A stretch of DNA of 64,000 bases from Octopus sinensis (lineage: Eukaryota). Below, piece after piece: positions 11,469-26,462 of the stretch. The notes under the pieces were generated by a model. It worked only from the letters and a program-made list of their open reading frames with translations. It searched no databases and had not been told where the DNA came from. Location: positions 49,414,001 through 49,478,000 of the forward strand of contig NC_043009.1 in assembly GCF_006345805.1 (NCBI RefSeq), read 5' to 3'. The first letter of the stretch is position 1, and each line of letters opens with the position of its first letter. Both the position numbers and the translations under genes were made by a program.

Positions 11469-11700
11469 AGGTGGCGAGCTGGCAGAAACGTTAGCACACT
11501 GGGCGAAATGCGTAGCCGTATTTCATCTGTCCTTACGTTCCGAGTTCAAGTTCCGCCGAGGTCGACTTTGTCTTTCATCCTTTCGGGGTCGATATATTAA
11601 ATACCAGTTACGCACTGGGGTCGATGTAATCGACTTAATCTCTTTGTCTGTCCTTGTTTGTCCCCTCTGTGTTTGGCCCCTTGTGGGTAGTAAAGAAATA
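11469..11700 (+). mobile_element. OR-like tRNA-derived SINE, well preserved
   Basis: ggtggcgagctggcagaaacgttagcac...gagttcaagttccgccgaggtcgactttg...ggggtcgatgtaatcgac...gggtagtaaagaaata; many decayed copies elsewhere in the window. Confidence 0.8.
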
Positions 11701-12964
11701 TATATTTAAAATAGCGAGGAATGACTTGAAGCAGAATTGGCTGCTATTTTTAACATATTGAGGGCTTGTAATATTCCTCTCTGAATCAAAACTGAAAATT
11801 TGAGGCACAAAATAGAGTAAATATGTGGAGAGCATGAATCAAACATCTCTCTCTCTCTCTTGTACAGTTTTTTTTTCTCGTGTTCAAACCCTTAGATGTG
11901 TGTGTGTGTGTGTGGATGTGCATGCATTTCATGAATATATATTTGGTATATACTGGAGTCAATTCATTCAGCTGTAACTGTTCCCTAGAAATTTTTCATC
12001 ATGTTCAAGTTAAAAATTACTGTAGTAATGATGATTTCCTTGTTTAAATCCAGTCTACAATTATGTACACATGCAGAAATAAGAACAAGAACACACTATG
12101 ACAATCATGGTAGTTACTATGAACACACCAAGAGTTTTGGTATGGCCGGGGGGGGGGGGTGAGCTTGCAGGTCCAGACGAAGAAGCAAGGATCTCCTAGA
12201 CTGGTGAGATTCATTCTATTAAAGTTCCTCTTGAAATTCTGTATGTGAAAACCCAACAGAAAAAACCTGCATGGAGGAAATTCCAGAAAGAGGATATTCT
12301 AGGAAGAAAGAACTAGACATAGTGAACAGTGCAGAGAATTAGGGATCTGCAGGGATGGATGAGCAAACCCCCCCCCCCCCCAAAAAAAAAAAAAACCAAG
12401 GAATATGATATCTCTCAACAATCGAAGATCAAATTATTTGAAACATAATGTAAAAGTAAATGCTGAAATATTTTTCATCTGCAAAGGTCAAAATATTATT
12501 ATTTTATTCCCTTCTCCACGAAATATAGCACTATGTCCCAATGTAAGAAATTATTATCATCATTATTGAGTCACAAGGTGACAACTTTCAAAATCTACAG
12601 AATGTTGGGCAAAGTGCATTGCAATATTTACTTGTGATGCTTTACATTCTGACTTTGAATCCAATCGAGTCTGACATTGCTTATATTCTTTTGAAGCAAA
12701 AAACATAATTCTTGGTCAAATACTAGGAGTTGATTTTTATTAACATTGCCAAAACTTTGTGGCTTCCCGCATAGATTTTTAAATCTTTATTATCATGTGC
12801 TGTATTGTGTCAGTGAAAATGAAGGTTTTTGCTTTCATATACACCACATTCCTGGCAATAATGTTGATAAAATTCTTCAGGCAATAACATCTGTAAAGTT
12901 TTTCTCTAGGCATTCCTTCAAAATGGAAATTTTTTCCCCAATATATATTATCTATTTATTTGTC

Positions 12965-13420
12965 TGTATATCTATCTATCTATCTATGTATCTATGTCTA
13001 TCAATGTATCTATCTATGTACCTATGTCTATCTATCTATGTATCTATGACTATCTATGTATCTATGTCTATCTATCTATCTATGTATCTATGTCTATCTA
13101 TCTATCTATGTATCTATGTCTATCTATCTATCTATGTATCTATGTCTATCTATGTATCTATGTCTATCTATGTATCTATGTCTATCTATGTATCTATGTC
13201 TATCTATGTATCTATGTCTATCTATATATCTATGTCTATCTATATATCTATGTCTATCTATGTATCTATCTATCTATTTATGTATCTATCTATGTATCTA
13301 TCTATCTATTTATGTATCTATGTCTATCTATCTATCTATGTCTATCTATCTATCTTTCTATCTATGTCTATCTATCTATCTATGTATCTATATCTATCTA
13401 TCTATCTATCTGTTTGTCTG

Positions 13421-13490
<70 letters not shown>

Positions 13491-13525
13491 AATCTATGTA
13501 TCTATGTCTATCAATGTATCTATTT
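12965..13525 (+). repeat. Compound (TATC/TATG/TGTC) microsatellite with higher-order ~18-bp units
   Basis: Repeated tctatgtatctatgtctatc; source of the spurious 285/179/167-aa ORFs. Confidence 0.9.
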
Positions 13526-15189
13526 ATCTGTGAGTATAGAGGTGGGTATTCCGTTATGAGAAATAAAGACATGACAGTCACTACTCTGAGTTTCGTGTTG
13601 TAACAGGAAACTTCAGAGTTGTGATGGTGTTAAGCCTCAGCTTTAAATAAATAAAATCTGCTAGATATACATCCAAAACTCATACATGCAATGATTGAAT
13701 ATGAAGAGAACATTAAATGATGTGTCAATCTTCAAGTAAACAAATATCTTTATGAAAGACAGAATCCGAGAATGTTGTGGGAGGGCTAGATTAAAGGTTT
13801 AGAAATAGAAGAGACAGAAGAAGGAGGCTGGGGATAAATGCATATAGTTGGGGTCAGTGCAAGCAAATAAGAAAACTAGAGACAAACTATTAGAGAAAGA
13901 AAGAATGATAGATAGATAGATAGAAAAGAAGCTGTAACCTAACAAGGCTGATGACATACAAGTCTTGAGGTGTATGTGTGTGTGTGTGTGTTTGGAAAGA
14001 TTGGATTGTGTGTGAGATAAGGATGGAATGGCAAAGGATGTCAGACTAACCAAGGAAAAATGGTTGAGTTGTCTGCCATAGTTTAGAAGAGTGAGAAGGA
14101 GGGAGGGAGGGAGGGAGGGAGGGAGTGTTGGTATGTCTCATTCAAAATGAAAGGTGGAGGTGGTCGGCTGTAGCAGAACTAAAATATAGATAGATAGATA
14201 GGTAGGTAGGTAGGTAGATGGATGGATGAATGGATGGATGGATAGAAGGCTGAAAAGACATTCATTTACAGACATCTATGTAAGTGTATGATGTGTGTGT
14301 GTGTGTGTGTGTGTGGCAAGGAGAGTAATTGGTTAGCACGATTGTTGGTGTTGTATGAGAATTGTGTGTCTGTATGCAGAATCTCATATTTGTATGTTAG
14401 AAAGATGCATGGCAGTATCTGCATATACTCTGTATGTGTGTGTGCATGTGCATGTGTGTGTGTGTGTGTGTGTGTGAGCGCGCGTGCACATGAGACAGTT
14501 TGCACAAAGGAAAATGGCTCAGTAGAGAATGCATGCTAGAAAGTAAGACGTGTTATGAATGAAAAGTATAAAGAGAGAGAAAGAGATACAAAGAGAAGAA
14601 GAGAGAGAGAGAGAGAGAGAAAGAGATACAAAGAGAGGAAGAGAGAAAGAGAGAGAGAAATAGAGTGATAGAAAGAGAGGGAGAGAGAGTGGGGAGAGAG
14701 AAAGAGCGGCAAAGCGACAATGAGTCAGGCGTTGTTGCCTGCTACATGCTTGCATGCATGCATGCCAACTGTCAAAGATAGTAGTGGTTGCAGTAGCAGT
14801 GGTATTCATCATGGTGGTGGTAGTGGTGGTGGTAGCAGGAGAAGTGGTGGTGGTGGTGATGATAACGATGATGATGATGATGCTAGCGCTGATATTGGTT
14901 GGTGGTGGCAGTGGCAGCAAGGGAAATGGTGGCAAGCCTTACTCTATGCTGTTGCCATAGAGATGAAGAATGTTACACGTCTTTTGCTTGCCTCTAGTTT
15001 ACCACTCTTTGCTCTTCAGTTCTTCATCAGAATAGAATCAATTATAACAAAAGTAACTACCTCAAAAGCTTATCTAATTATATATAGAGATGCGTATGTG
15101 TGTGTGTGTGTGGGAGTTGGTGTACACATTCATATCTGTAAACTCTCAGATGTATACGTGTAATATATATTCAAATGTGTGTGTGTATG

Positions 15190-15620
15190 TGTGTATATGT
15201 ACACACACATACATATATACATATATATATACAAATCTATATATATCATATATAAACACACCTACACATATACATCCATATGAACGTATGTATATATGCA
15301 TATACAAATACATATGCATATATACATATATAAATACACATACATATATATATACATATATATACACAAATCTATATATATCATATATAAACACACCTAC
15401 ACATATACATCCATATGAACGTATGTATATGCACATATACAAATACACATGCATATATACATATATAAATACACATACATATATATATATACATATATAT
15501 ATACACAAATCTATATATATCATATATAAACACACCTACACATATACATCCTTATGAACGTATGTATATATACATATACAAACACACATGCATATATACA
15601 TATATAAATACACATACACA
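15190..15620 (+). repeat. Minisatellite, about 3 copies of a 135-139 bp CA/TA-rich unit
   Basis: aaatctatatatatcatatataaacacacctacac at 15233, 15368 and 15507. Confidence 0.85.
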
Positions 15621-16620
15621 CACACGTATATTTTTATATAGATAGGTAAATAGATTCATACAAAAATGTGTGTGTACATAACTGTGTATTAAAAGAAATA
15701 GAAATATATAAGTGTACGCCTAAATCTACACAATCAAACAATACACACACACACACAAAATCGATGAAAGTTACTTCATAAACACACCAACAAATTGGCC
15801 TAGTTATGTGTGTGTGTCTTACACAGACAAACACACACACACATTCACATTTAAGTGTATATGAATGTGTATGCATGAAACTTACAGACGAGAATGCTTA
15901 TCAAAATATGCATTTCTTATATGTTTTGAATCTCATGTGCATCACACATGCATACACACACACACGAACACACACACAGAATACTTGCAGCAGATTACAG
16001 TAAAGCATTCATGAGGTGTGATGTGTGAAACTTAAGGTATGAATTTCGATTCATAGTTAGCACATACTTGCATGCACAATGCACGCACAGACTGGAAATT
16101 GCACTTGCTACTCAGCATAGCTATGCATATGCATGTTATACGAATGACACAAACACGCACACATACACCGTGTGTCCATAACTAGGGTAGAATTTAAAGA
16201 TTAATTTCTTTAAAGATATATTACTTTTATGCAAGTCTGTATCCTTAAATCCTTAAAAATGTTTTAGCCCGAAGGCCGCAGCCATGCTGGGGCACCACCG
16301 TTGTATATACATATATTTATTAAAAATTTGTGCATCCCAGTTTTAGAATAGGTCACCATAGTCTAGTGTACTGTAAGAGATGATTAAGAGGATTAGTGAA
16401 AGGAAGGGCAACTGGCCATAAAACATTGCTTCAAAAAGTTCCATATAATCCATGCAAGCATGGAAAAGTGACCACGATTATATAGATGTTTTTTTTTTTT
16501 CAATAATCGACAGAACTTACAGAGTGATTCAAGGGCTGAAAGTTTTGTGTGTTGGTAGTTATCAATGCACAAAACTCTTGGCCTTTGTGTCACTCTAAAT
16601 TCTGCTGATTATTTATTAAA

Positions 16621-16737
<117 letters not shown>

Positions 16738-16828
16738 GATGTCGGTGCTGAGGCAAAGGGCAGTGCCCTAGCATGCCCACAGCCATTGAACTGGAACACA
16801 TGATATTATATATATATTATATATATAT

Positions 16829-16906
<78 letters not shown>

Positions 16907-19900
16907 ATATATATATATATACACACACACTTTGACACACACACACATGTGTGTGTGTCAAAGTGTGTGTGTATACATGCTTGTGTGTATGTGTGTGTGT
17001 GTGGATATATACACACAAATATATTTATACATAATAAGCATGTGTGTCACTACATGAATACAGAGATAAACGAACATCTCTGTATGAGTGCGTGCATTTG
17101 TGTGTGTGTGTGGTTAAATAGTGTCAGCACCTGTAACTGCTACCTCAGTCCCAAGAAGTCAAATTGAATTAGTAGCCAAGCTGCAACCTGTATTATTGTA
17201 GAGAGGGACACCTAGTTATAAGAAAATCTAATTTGGTCTTCTTCTTGCTAGTAGAGTGCCATAGTTGTTGATTAACTCTGGCTGCCAGTCAATCTCATAG
17301 CAAATACACAATTCTAATATACTGATGCACATTCGCTGCATGTGCATACGCATGCACACACACAGAGTTATCTGTGTCTGAATCTATAAAAATATTTAGA
17401 CATACATACATGCACAGCTCTGCAAGCTACACATATAGCTTATTAGGAATTTGCATACATAATGTGCATGTGTATGTATGTATATATATAAACATACACA
17501 CACCTGCACACACACAATGTAGTTTCTTTATAACTGCAGCCCTCTCTTAAGACAAATTTGGATATAACCGGATGAGTCACCAGACCCCCTTTTTTTTGTG
17601 TGACCTTTCCGGATTTTCTTGAACCCTGATTTAGTGTGACCCTGGTTTTTCTGTGATGACATTTTATGGAATCCAATGATTGAATTATAAATGAATTGCA
17701 TCAATATATATGTATATATTAAATATGTGCAACTATGTGTATGTTTGTGTGTGTATATATATATAAATATATATATGTATATATGTATGTATGTATGTAT
17801 GTAGTATGTATGTATGTATGTATGTATGTATGTATGTATGTATGTATGTGTGTATGTATGTATGCATTTGTATATGCATTGTATTTGTGTGATAGCATAT
17901 AACATATATATGCATATTATACCTTTTCCCAAGAATGTATGTGAGAATATGTATAATACACACACTCACCAACACACTCCCCACCATACACACAGTCAGT
18001 TCCAAACAGAAAATCACATATGCATTGAAACAATATATTTTCCAGAGAAGCTCTAAGATGCTACTACTGTCAAAATAAGAGATCTTTATAAGAAAACAGA
18101 AAAAGGAAAAAAGATATATTAAGTCTTTCTGACACTTAATATTTCCTTAATTTCCCACATAACCATCATATTTTTTTTTCTCTGCATTAATATATCTTGT
18201 TTTTCCCTATAATGCCCTTTTAATCACAATTTTACGCATAGCTTCCGTTTTATATTTCTTAGCAAAGTGTTTTGTAGCGATGAAATAACACACAGCCAAA
18301 TAATGGATATGAATGAGATGTAAAAATAAAGCAGTTAAATAATAAGAAAATGTTACCAGTCTGACTAAGAAAGTGTCTTTTGCCCAAGTAGAGCAAAATA
18401 AGAGATGTAAATCATACTTAGAGAAACTTAGACGTTGCTTTGCTTCATAGCTTGCTATTAATTACTGAAGTAATAATGTGTGTGTGCATGTGTGTGCGTG
18501 TGTAACAGGCATATATACATATACACATTCATTGCAAAACCTCTAATCCCTTACATAAAAGTGGACTTTTGTAACACTCCAAAAGTGACCTACCCCATTA
18601 TTCTCTGGTAAATATAATTATTGTTTATAGAAGTCCTTCCCAAGGATTATACTATCTCAACCAACTGACCTGCTATACACAAGCATGGACACATGCATGC
18701 ACACAAACACACACACACACACACTGTCATCATCATCACCATTTTCTGCATTCCATGGAGATATGTGTATGAGCATATATATGTGTGTATATACATGCAT
18801 TGTGTGTATATGTATGTATATGTGCACGTGTGTATATATATATATGTGTGTGTATATACATACACATACATGTAAACAAACATATATATACACACAGACA
18901 GACATATTTTGCTTATGCTGATATATGAATGTATGTATGTATTATTCTGATCCTTTTCTGATCTCCACCATTGGACTGTAGCTATGCAGGGACACTAGGC
19001 TTCAAGGGTATAACTAACTTAATTGATTCCATTACTCAACTAGTACATACTTTACTGACCCTGGAATGTTAAGAGGTAAAGGAAATTTGGGTATAATTAG
19101 GACAAAGAATGTAATGAGATCTAACCAAATACTACGAGGAATTTTGTCCAATGCCATACTAGATCTGCTGTTCCTACTCATATATGTCTATGTGTCTGAA
19201 GAGGAAAGTCTTTAAAAATATGGGACAAACAAAATAATGTAATTCCCAATGAATTATATCTGAAGACAGGATTGTCATGGTAGGAATGCCTTTTGCTCAT
19301 AGGTCTCCTGGACGAAGGCTGACTTGGTTGGGGTCATACAATACTAACAATAGCAACAAAAGCAAGTAAGCAAACTTTTACAATGTAAAGGCATAAAATG
19401 TTGTATATAGAATGTAGAGGATTTGGAGTAGAGATAGAATTGTAAACATATATTTTTACAGCATACAATATATATCACTGACTGGGATAAGGTCTATGGG
19501 TAATTAGGGTACAAGATGATAAGCTTAATTCATTATCATTGGAGTTGAACAACTGGTCAGTCCTGATTTGACAAGAATCTATGATCAGATGTCAATCCAG
19601 CTATGACAATTTAATATTCTTATATTTCAGTGATTGCATGTGGTAAGGTATGATATAAGGGAGTTTTATCTGGTTGGCTCAATGTCAAGAGATGATAGCC
19701 TGACCCTGTTGCTGAGTCAAGTTAAGCATACAAAATATTTTGTTGCCAATAACCGAAACATACAAACTGCAACAAGGCCCTATGATAAGGAAACAGCACC
19801 ATAAACTGTCCCAGAACCCGAGTTAGAAGTGAGGGATTTACCTTTTGAGTTGGGCTATATTAGAAATGGGAACTGGTAGAGTCATCTGAGTGTTGGATAA

Positions 19901-20809
19901 ATTACTTCTCAGTGTTTTATCTGACTACACATTGAGTTCAAATGCCACTATGGTCAACTATGATTTTTACCCTTTCATGGTCAGTAAAAGAAATGACTAA
20001 TCCAGAGCAGTGGACTGGTAGAACTGTTAGAGGCCAGATGAGATAACTTACGTTATCTGTTTTGGGTCCTTATGTTCTGACAGTAACATGTGCAATGACA
20101 CTGATTCCAAGCTGTATGAGCTTGGGTGAGTAGCAATGGTATAGAAAGTTGAGACTTATACACATGACCAACTGCTAATCTTAAAAAAAGAACTCTTGCC
20201 TAGGCCTGCACATATATGTACAGATGGCATGGTCAACAGTAACAAGAGAAGACTCTACTACAAAAACAGAAACGGTAATGGCCTCTGTTGGCAACAATAA
20301 GTGTATAGATGAGTCTCAAAGCAAGTTCACATATCATGAGATAAGCCAGAATGTTAAGCCACTTTCTGTCTTCATCACCCTTACAGCAATGGTACTTGCC
20401 AAACTCTTCAAGAACTCTCCTATAACAAAAGAATGACTAACTGGTTGAATAAAGAAAAACAAAAAGGTACACTGACCAATGCTCCAGTGAACGTTTGATT
20501 TATAAACTCTCTTAATTTGGCTCTATAACTGTTGTTTTATTTGTTACATATGTTAGGTAGTCACAATAAAGAAGTCGTTCAGTGTATTAAACTAACATTA
20601 CAAAGTCACTATTTGAACAGATTTGCTGTTGAAGATAGCAGTTCAGTGCTGAATACAAGATAAATTTTATATATTTGCTGTCAAATAATGTCCTTTGTTG
20701 TTGTTGCTGAATCATAAAATAAATATTGGTGGATGTGCATACTTATAGACACACAATACACACATGTGTGTATATGTATATATATGCAACACACACACAT
20801 TTGTATGTG

Positions 20810-20854
<45 letters not shown>

Positions 20855-20859
<5 letters not shown>

Positions 20860-22234
20860 CACACACAACTGGTGTTATTGAAGTAAAAGAGAGCAGAAAT
20901 GTCACAGATCAAAATTAAACCATCTAAGACAACAAAACCGTCAAAAATAAATATGTAAACATTATAAAAAAAAATAATAAACAACCAAGAATGGATATTG
21001 AGGATATTGAGAAACATTAACAATTATTCTCCCCGTCATCACCACCACCACCACACCACCACCACCACCACCACCACCATCTATATTTTTTTGCCCTCAT
21101 AGTTCAGCTTTAAAAAAATATATATTACACACATACATACACAAACACTTAAAAAAGCACAAACAAAAGCACAATAAAAACAAAGAACCCATCCACCACC
21201 ACCACCAGCCCCAGTTCTTGCCTACAGTATAAATGGTGATGTAGGCTATAGGAATTCTGCTGTTGATTAATGTTTCTGTCTGAGGAGAAGAAGCCTTAAT
21301 AGAAAATTGATTCCTTTTGATAGTTGCAAGATAAGATAGTTCTTTAATCAGGGGGAAGACAATTTGGTTTTACGTTGATCTCTTTCTTTGTAATTTTTTT
21401 GTCTTGTTTTATTTTTTTTCTTGATTTCTTTTTTCTACTTGTTTTGCTTATTACCCTCCCAAACCATCATCGCAATCACCACACCACCACCACTACCACT
21501 ACCACCACAAATACCACTGCTCATATTTTTTTTTTATTAAAATTAATTTTTTATTTTATTTTATAAAGATTTCTTTTATTTTTAAATTGGTGAAATAATG
21601 ATAATAAATGGTTTGAATATAAAAGAAAAAATGAAATTATGAAAAAAAAGAAGATAAAAATGAATATATAAATATAATGGAAAAAATAATACATGAAAGT
21701 TCATTTATTTGTTTGTTTTTTATATTTCTTTTTTAAAATTCATTGATTTTACTTAATATTCTATATATGATCAACTATAATTTGCGCTAGTCATTTTTAT
21801 TTCATTTTATTTTACTTTGTGTTTGAATATTTTGCGTTAAACCTGTCATTGTTATTATTATTATTGAAAAGCTTGATTTTTGGTCAATAATCTGTATAAA
21901 GACAAGAAACATTGTTTGCTAAGTTGAATAATAATTTTTGTAGTTTACATGAACAATTTGAAGAAGAGAACACAAACAAAACATGTACAAATGAAAATAA
22001 CACACATACACACACACGCAACAAAAAAAATAGAGTTCCTGATTAGAGAGAGAAAAAAATATTTCAAAAAATAAGAAGAAAGAAGACAGAAAGAAGTGGA
22101 AGTAAGTGGGGGAAAGAAGGAGAAGGAAAATGTAATAAATACAATAGAACTTAAGAATTTGGTGTTTTCACACTAGCGGAAAACAGATTATTTAATTACC
22201 ATTTACTATAAACATTTACCAAGAGAAAAATGCC

Positions 22235-22275
<41 letters not shown>

Positions 22276-23711
22276 TATATATATATTATATATATATATA
22301 TATAATATATATACACATACACACACAACTGGTGTTATTGAAGTAAAAGAGAGCAGAAATGTCACAGATCAAAATTAAACCATCTAAGACAACAAAACCG
22401 TCAAAAATAAATATGTAAACATTATAAAAAAAAATAATAAACAACCAAGAATGGATATTGAGGATATTGAGAAACATTAACAATTATTCTCCCCGTCATC
22501 ACCACCACCACCACCACCACCACCACCACCACCACCACCACCATCTATATTTTTTTGCCCTCATAAGTTCAGCTTTAAAAAAATATATATTACACACATA
22601 CATACACAAACACTTAAAAAAGCACAAACAAAAGCACAATAAAAACAAAGAACCCATCACCACCACCACCAGCCCCAGTTCTTGCCTACAGTATAAATGG
22701 TGATGTAGGCTATAGGAATTTCTGCTGTTGATTAATGTTTCTGTCTGAGGAGAAGAAGCCTTAATAGAAAATTGATTCCTTTTGATAGTTGCAAGATAAA
22801 GATAGTTCTTTAATCAGGGGGAAGACAATTTGGTTTTACGTTGATCTCTTTCTTTGTAATTTTTTTTGTCTTGTTTTATTTTTTTTCTTGATTTCTTTTT
22901 TCTACTTGTTTTGCTTATTACCCTCCCAAACCATCATCGCAATCACCACCACCACCACCACTACCACTACCACCACAAATACCACTGCTCATATTTTTTT
23001 TTTTATTAAAATTAATTTTTTATTTTATTTTATAAAGATTTCTTTTATTTTTAAATTGGTGAAATAATGATAATAAATGGTTTGAAATATAAAAGAAAAA
23101 ATGAAATTATGAAAAAAAAGAAGATAAAAATGAATATATAAATATAATGGAAAAAATAATACATGAAAGTTCATTTATTTGTTTGTTTTTTATATTTCTT
23201 TTTTAAAATTCATTGATTTTACTTAATATTCTATATATGATCAACTATAATTTGCGCTAGTCATTTTTATTTCATTTTATTTTACTTTGTGTTTGAATAT
23301 TTTGCGTTAAACCTGTCATTGTTATTATTATTATTGAAAAGCTTGATTTTTGGTCAATAATCTGTATAAAGACAAGAAACATTGTTTGCTAAGTTGAATA
23401 ATAATTTTTGTAGTTTACATGAACAATTTGAAGAAGAGAACACAAACAAAACATGTACAAAATGAAAATAACACACATACACACACACGCAACAAAAAAA
23501 AATAGAGTTCCTGATTAGAGAGAGAAAAAAATATTTCAAAAAATAAGAAGAAAGAAAGACAGAAAGAAGTGGAAGTAAGTGGGGGAAAGAAGGAGAAGGA
23601 AAATGTAAATAAATACAATAGAACTTAAGAATTTGGTGTTTTCACACTAGCGGAAAACAGATTATTTAATTACCATTTACTATAAACATTTACCAAGAGA
23701 AAAATGCCACA

Positions 23712-23714
<3 letters not shown>
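20855..23714. repeat. Tandem duplication, 2 x ~1.46 kb, bounded by (AT)n
   Basis: actggtgttattg at 20868 and 22328; tgccacaata at 22231 and 23705. Copies differ mainly by small indels. Confidence 0.92.
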
Positions 23715-23748
<34 letters not shown>

Positions 23749-26002
23749 GACACACACACATCTATATATACATACATATATATATATACACATACATATA
23801 TATATATATACATACACACACACACATATATACATACATACACACACACATATATATATATACATACACACACACATATATATACATACACACACACACA
23901 TATATACATACATACACACACACATACATATATACATACACACACACACACACGAAAACCTGTTAAGTAAACAAACAGAAAATACTGTATGTAATTTTTA
24001 AAATGTGGGAATATTTTGGAAAGGATGAAAAGAAAGAAAGATTTATTTTTTTGTATATTTCTTTTTACTTTATCTCATTTGTTTATTTAGAAGACATTAA
24101 TTTACTTCTCATTAATTGTTATTGAGTAAAATCTGTTGTGGTTGTAGTACTAATAGTAATGGTTAAGAAGAATAAGAAGAATGAGAAGGAGGAGGTGGTT
24201 GTGGCACCAGTGGTGATGACAAAGAAGGCACTGTACTAGTGCACGTTGTAACTTCCATGTTCTTACAATTTTTCGGCCAATTTTTCCATTGAATGTTGAA
24301 GCCAGTAGGGAAGAAGTAGTTTAGGAGAAAGAAAGTTTGGATCTTTTGGGGATAAAAATGAAGAAATAAAGGAACAATAAACTGGAATGTGCCATAAGAT
24401 ACTTCGAGTAATAAAACTTTGGTCTGTCTCTGGCTAGCTTTTTTTTTTTTTTTTATAATCGTGTGTTTATTTTGTAAGTTTTGTTCTTTAAATTTAATTT
24501 AATTTCAGTTATCCAGCCTTCCCCCAACAATAAATAAATTTTCGTATGAGAGGCAGAATGACTAGAGATAAATTTGTTTATATCACCAATGCTTGTCAAG
24601 CCATGGATCTTCAGAGGAAGGAAGGGAATGTTAGAGAACTGGAAAGCAAACTAACCAGATTACAAGTCATTTCTTCTGCTATTTCTTGAGAGAGGAAACA
24701 GGGTTTGGGAAGAAGGAGGGAGGGTTGGGAAATGAGAGGTGGAAGCCCTCCCATTCCTTCCATCAGAGGGGAAAGAAGAGAGTCAGAGAAAAAGAAGAGA
24801 GTCGGTGGTAGTGGGGTCAGCAGAACATGTTGCTGGACCTTCCTTTGTTTCATTTGGTTTTAAGACTTCCACAGCACATTGCATGTATGTGCCTATCTAT
24901 ACATGCGTGTAGCAATGGCGTGTGAAGGGGGAAGAAGCCAGGAGGGGAGAGTTAAGGGGAAGAAGCCAGGAGGGGAGAGTTAATTGAACATGTTCAGCAA
25001 CACTAATGAAACCCTATAAAATAAATGCTCCTCCTACTCGCCTACCCCAGAGGGAATAATAAAATGTCTAGGCACATTTACTGTGCCCAGACACACATGC
25101 CCCTCTAGCCTGCCCCACCAACTACCCTGTAGGGAGCTGGCAGAGAAGAAAGAAAAAAAGCACTCAGAAGTTTTTAGAAGTCCACTCACAGTGCACGTGC
25201 ATTTATGTGTAGTGCAGATGTGCATGTGTCTGTGGGTGGGTGTGGGTTATATTAAGAGAACACAAGGAGAGAAATGCTTAACAATACTGATAAAAAAAAC
25301 CCCACTTTTCTATGCACATATGCACAAAGGGAAGCTTCTAAATGGTTAGTTGATCTGCTAGAAATAGCAGCCAAATTTCCCCTATATCACCTTAGAAAAG
25401 GTGATGACATAGAATGTGCATGAGAAAACGAAAAGTCTATACATGGCTAGACTGGGTTTTGATTATAGGCCTGTCTGCTTTGTTAGGGTTAACCCGGGGC
25501 TAATCAACATTTTAATAATTCAAGACTTATTATTATAGAATTTTCAGATTCTTGACTTGCAATTTGCTCCTCCCCAACATTATTGCTGTTGCTGTTGTTA
25601 TTAATTATCATTATTATTATTATTATGAGCATCCTCATCATCATCTACACAGCAGTAGCATGATATCAGACGAAATGGTGGAAGATTGGCAGAAAGTGTA
25701 AAGTATCAGACAAAAATGCCTTGTATTTAGTTGTCCTTTCGGTTCTGATTTCAAAATCTTGTCACGATCAGCTCGACATTTTATCCTTGAAAGTAGAATC
25801 AGTAATTTGGGTACTGGTCTAGAGGTTAATTTAATTAGTGGCTTCTATCCCCACCCTACCCCGAACAGTGTTGTTCTACCTATATTAGAAATTAAAATTA
25901 TTATGATGGCAGAATTGTTAGAACATTGGACATAATGCTTAGTGGCTTTACATTTAGAGTTCAAATTCTGCAGAAGTTGACTTTGCCTTTCATCCTTTAG
26001 GG

Positions 26003-26462
26003 CATGCATAGGCAACCTGTGGCCCATGGGCTGCATGTGGCCCTTGACGAGTTTCTAGGTTACTAATTTGCAGCATAACCTAAGAGTGGCAGTATCTCAA
26101 TTCCTACATAATATTGAAAATATGGAAAAGAATGAATGTGCAAAAATCTCATTGATACAGACAATGAAATTTGTTCTTTAATAAAAGATCAATGAATTTT
26201 CTTTTTTTTTTTTTTTACCTCAATATTTTAAACTATAATCTATTCACACTAGTAATCATCATTATTATCATTATGAAATAATGAAAGAGATGCCAGCTTA
26301 ATGTGAACTTTCATACTAAGACAAACATAATTAAGAACTGCAAAAAATTCAGTGTAAAGTGGGCAAGTAATATTTCATGTATATGTGTTTTATCATGCGA
26401 CCCTCTCCCCCTCAGAAATGGTGCAATGTGGTTCTCATTTGATGGTAAGTTGCTCATCCCTG
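26003..26462. mobile_element. hAT (Charlie-like) MITE, 460 bp, inserted in an OR-like SINE (~25905-26570)
   Basis: Imperfect 14-bp TIRs catgcataggcaac / gttgctcatccctg (10/14). 8-bp TSD ctttaggg (25995-26002) / ctttagtg (26463-26470). Subterminal ggcaacctgtggcccatgggctgcatgtggccc. Confidence 0.75.

Noticed and set aside
12746-13603. Longest ORFs (285, 179 and 167 aa; YLSI/MSIY repeats)
   Set aside because: Translations of a TATC/TATG microsatellite; no domain or splice support.
24166-24258. ATG-initiated Pro/Ser-rich minus-strand frame (MEVTTCTSTVPSLSSPLVPQPPPP)
   Set aside because: Terminates after 31 codons with no donor; no homology recognised.
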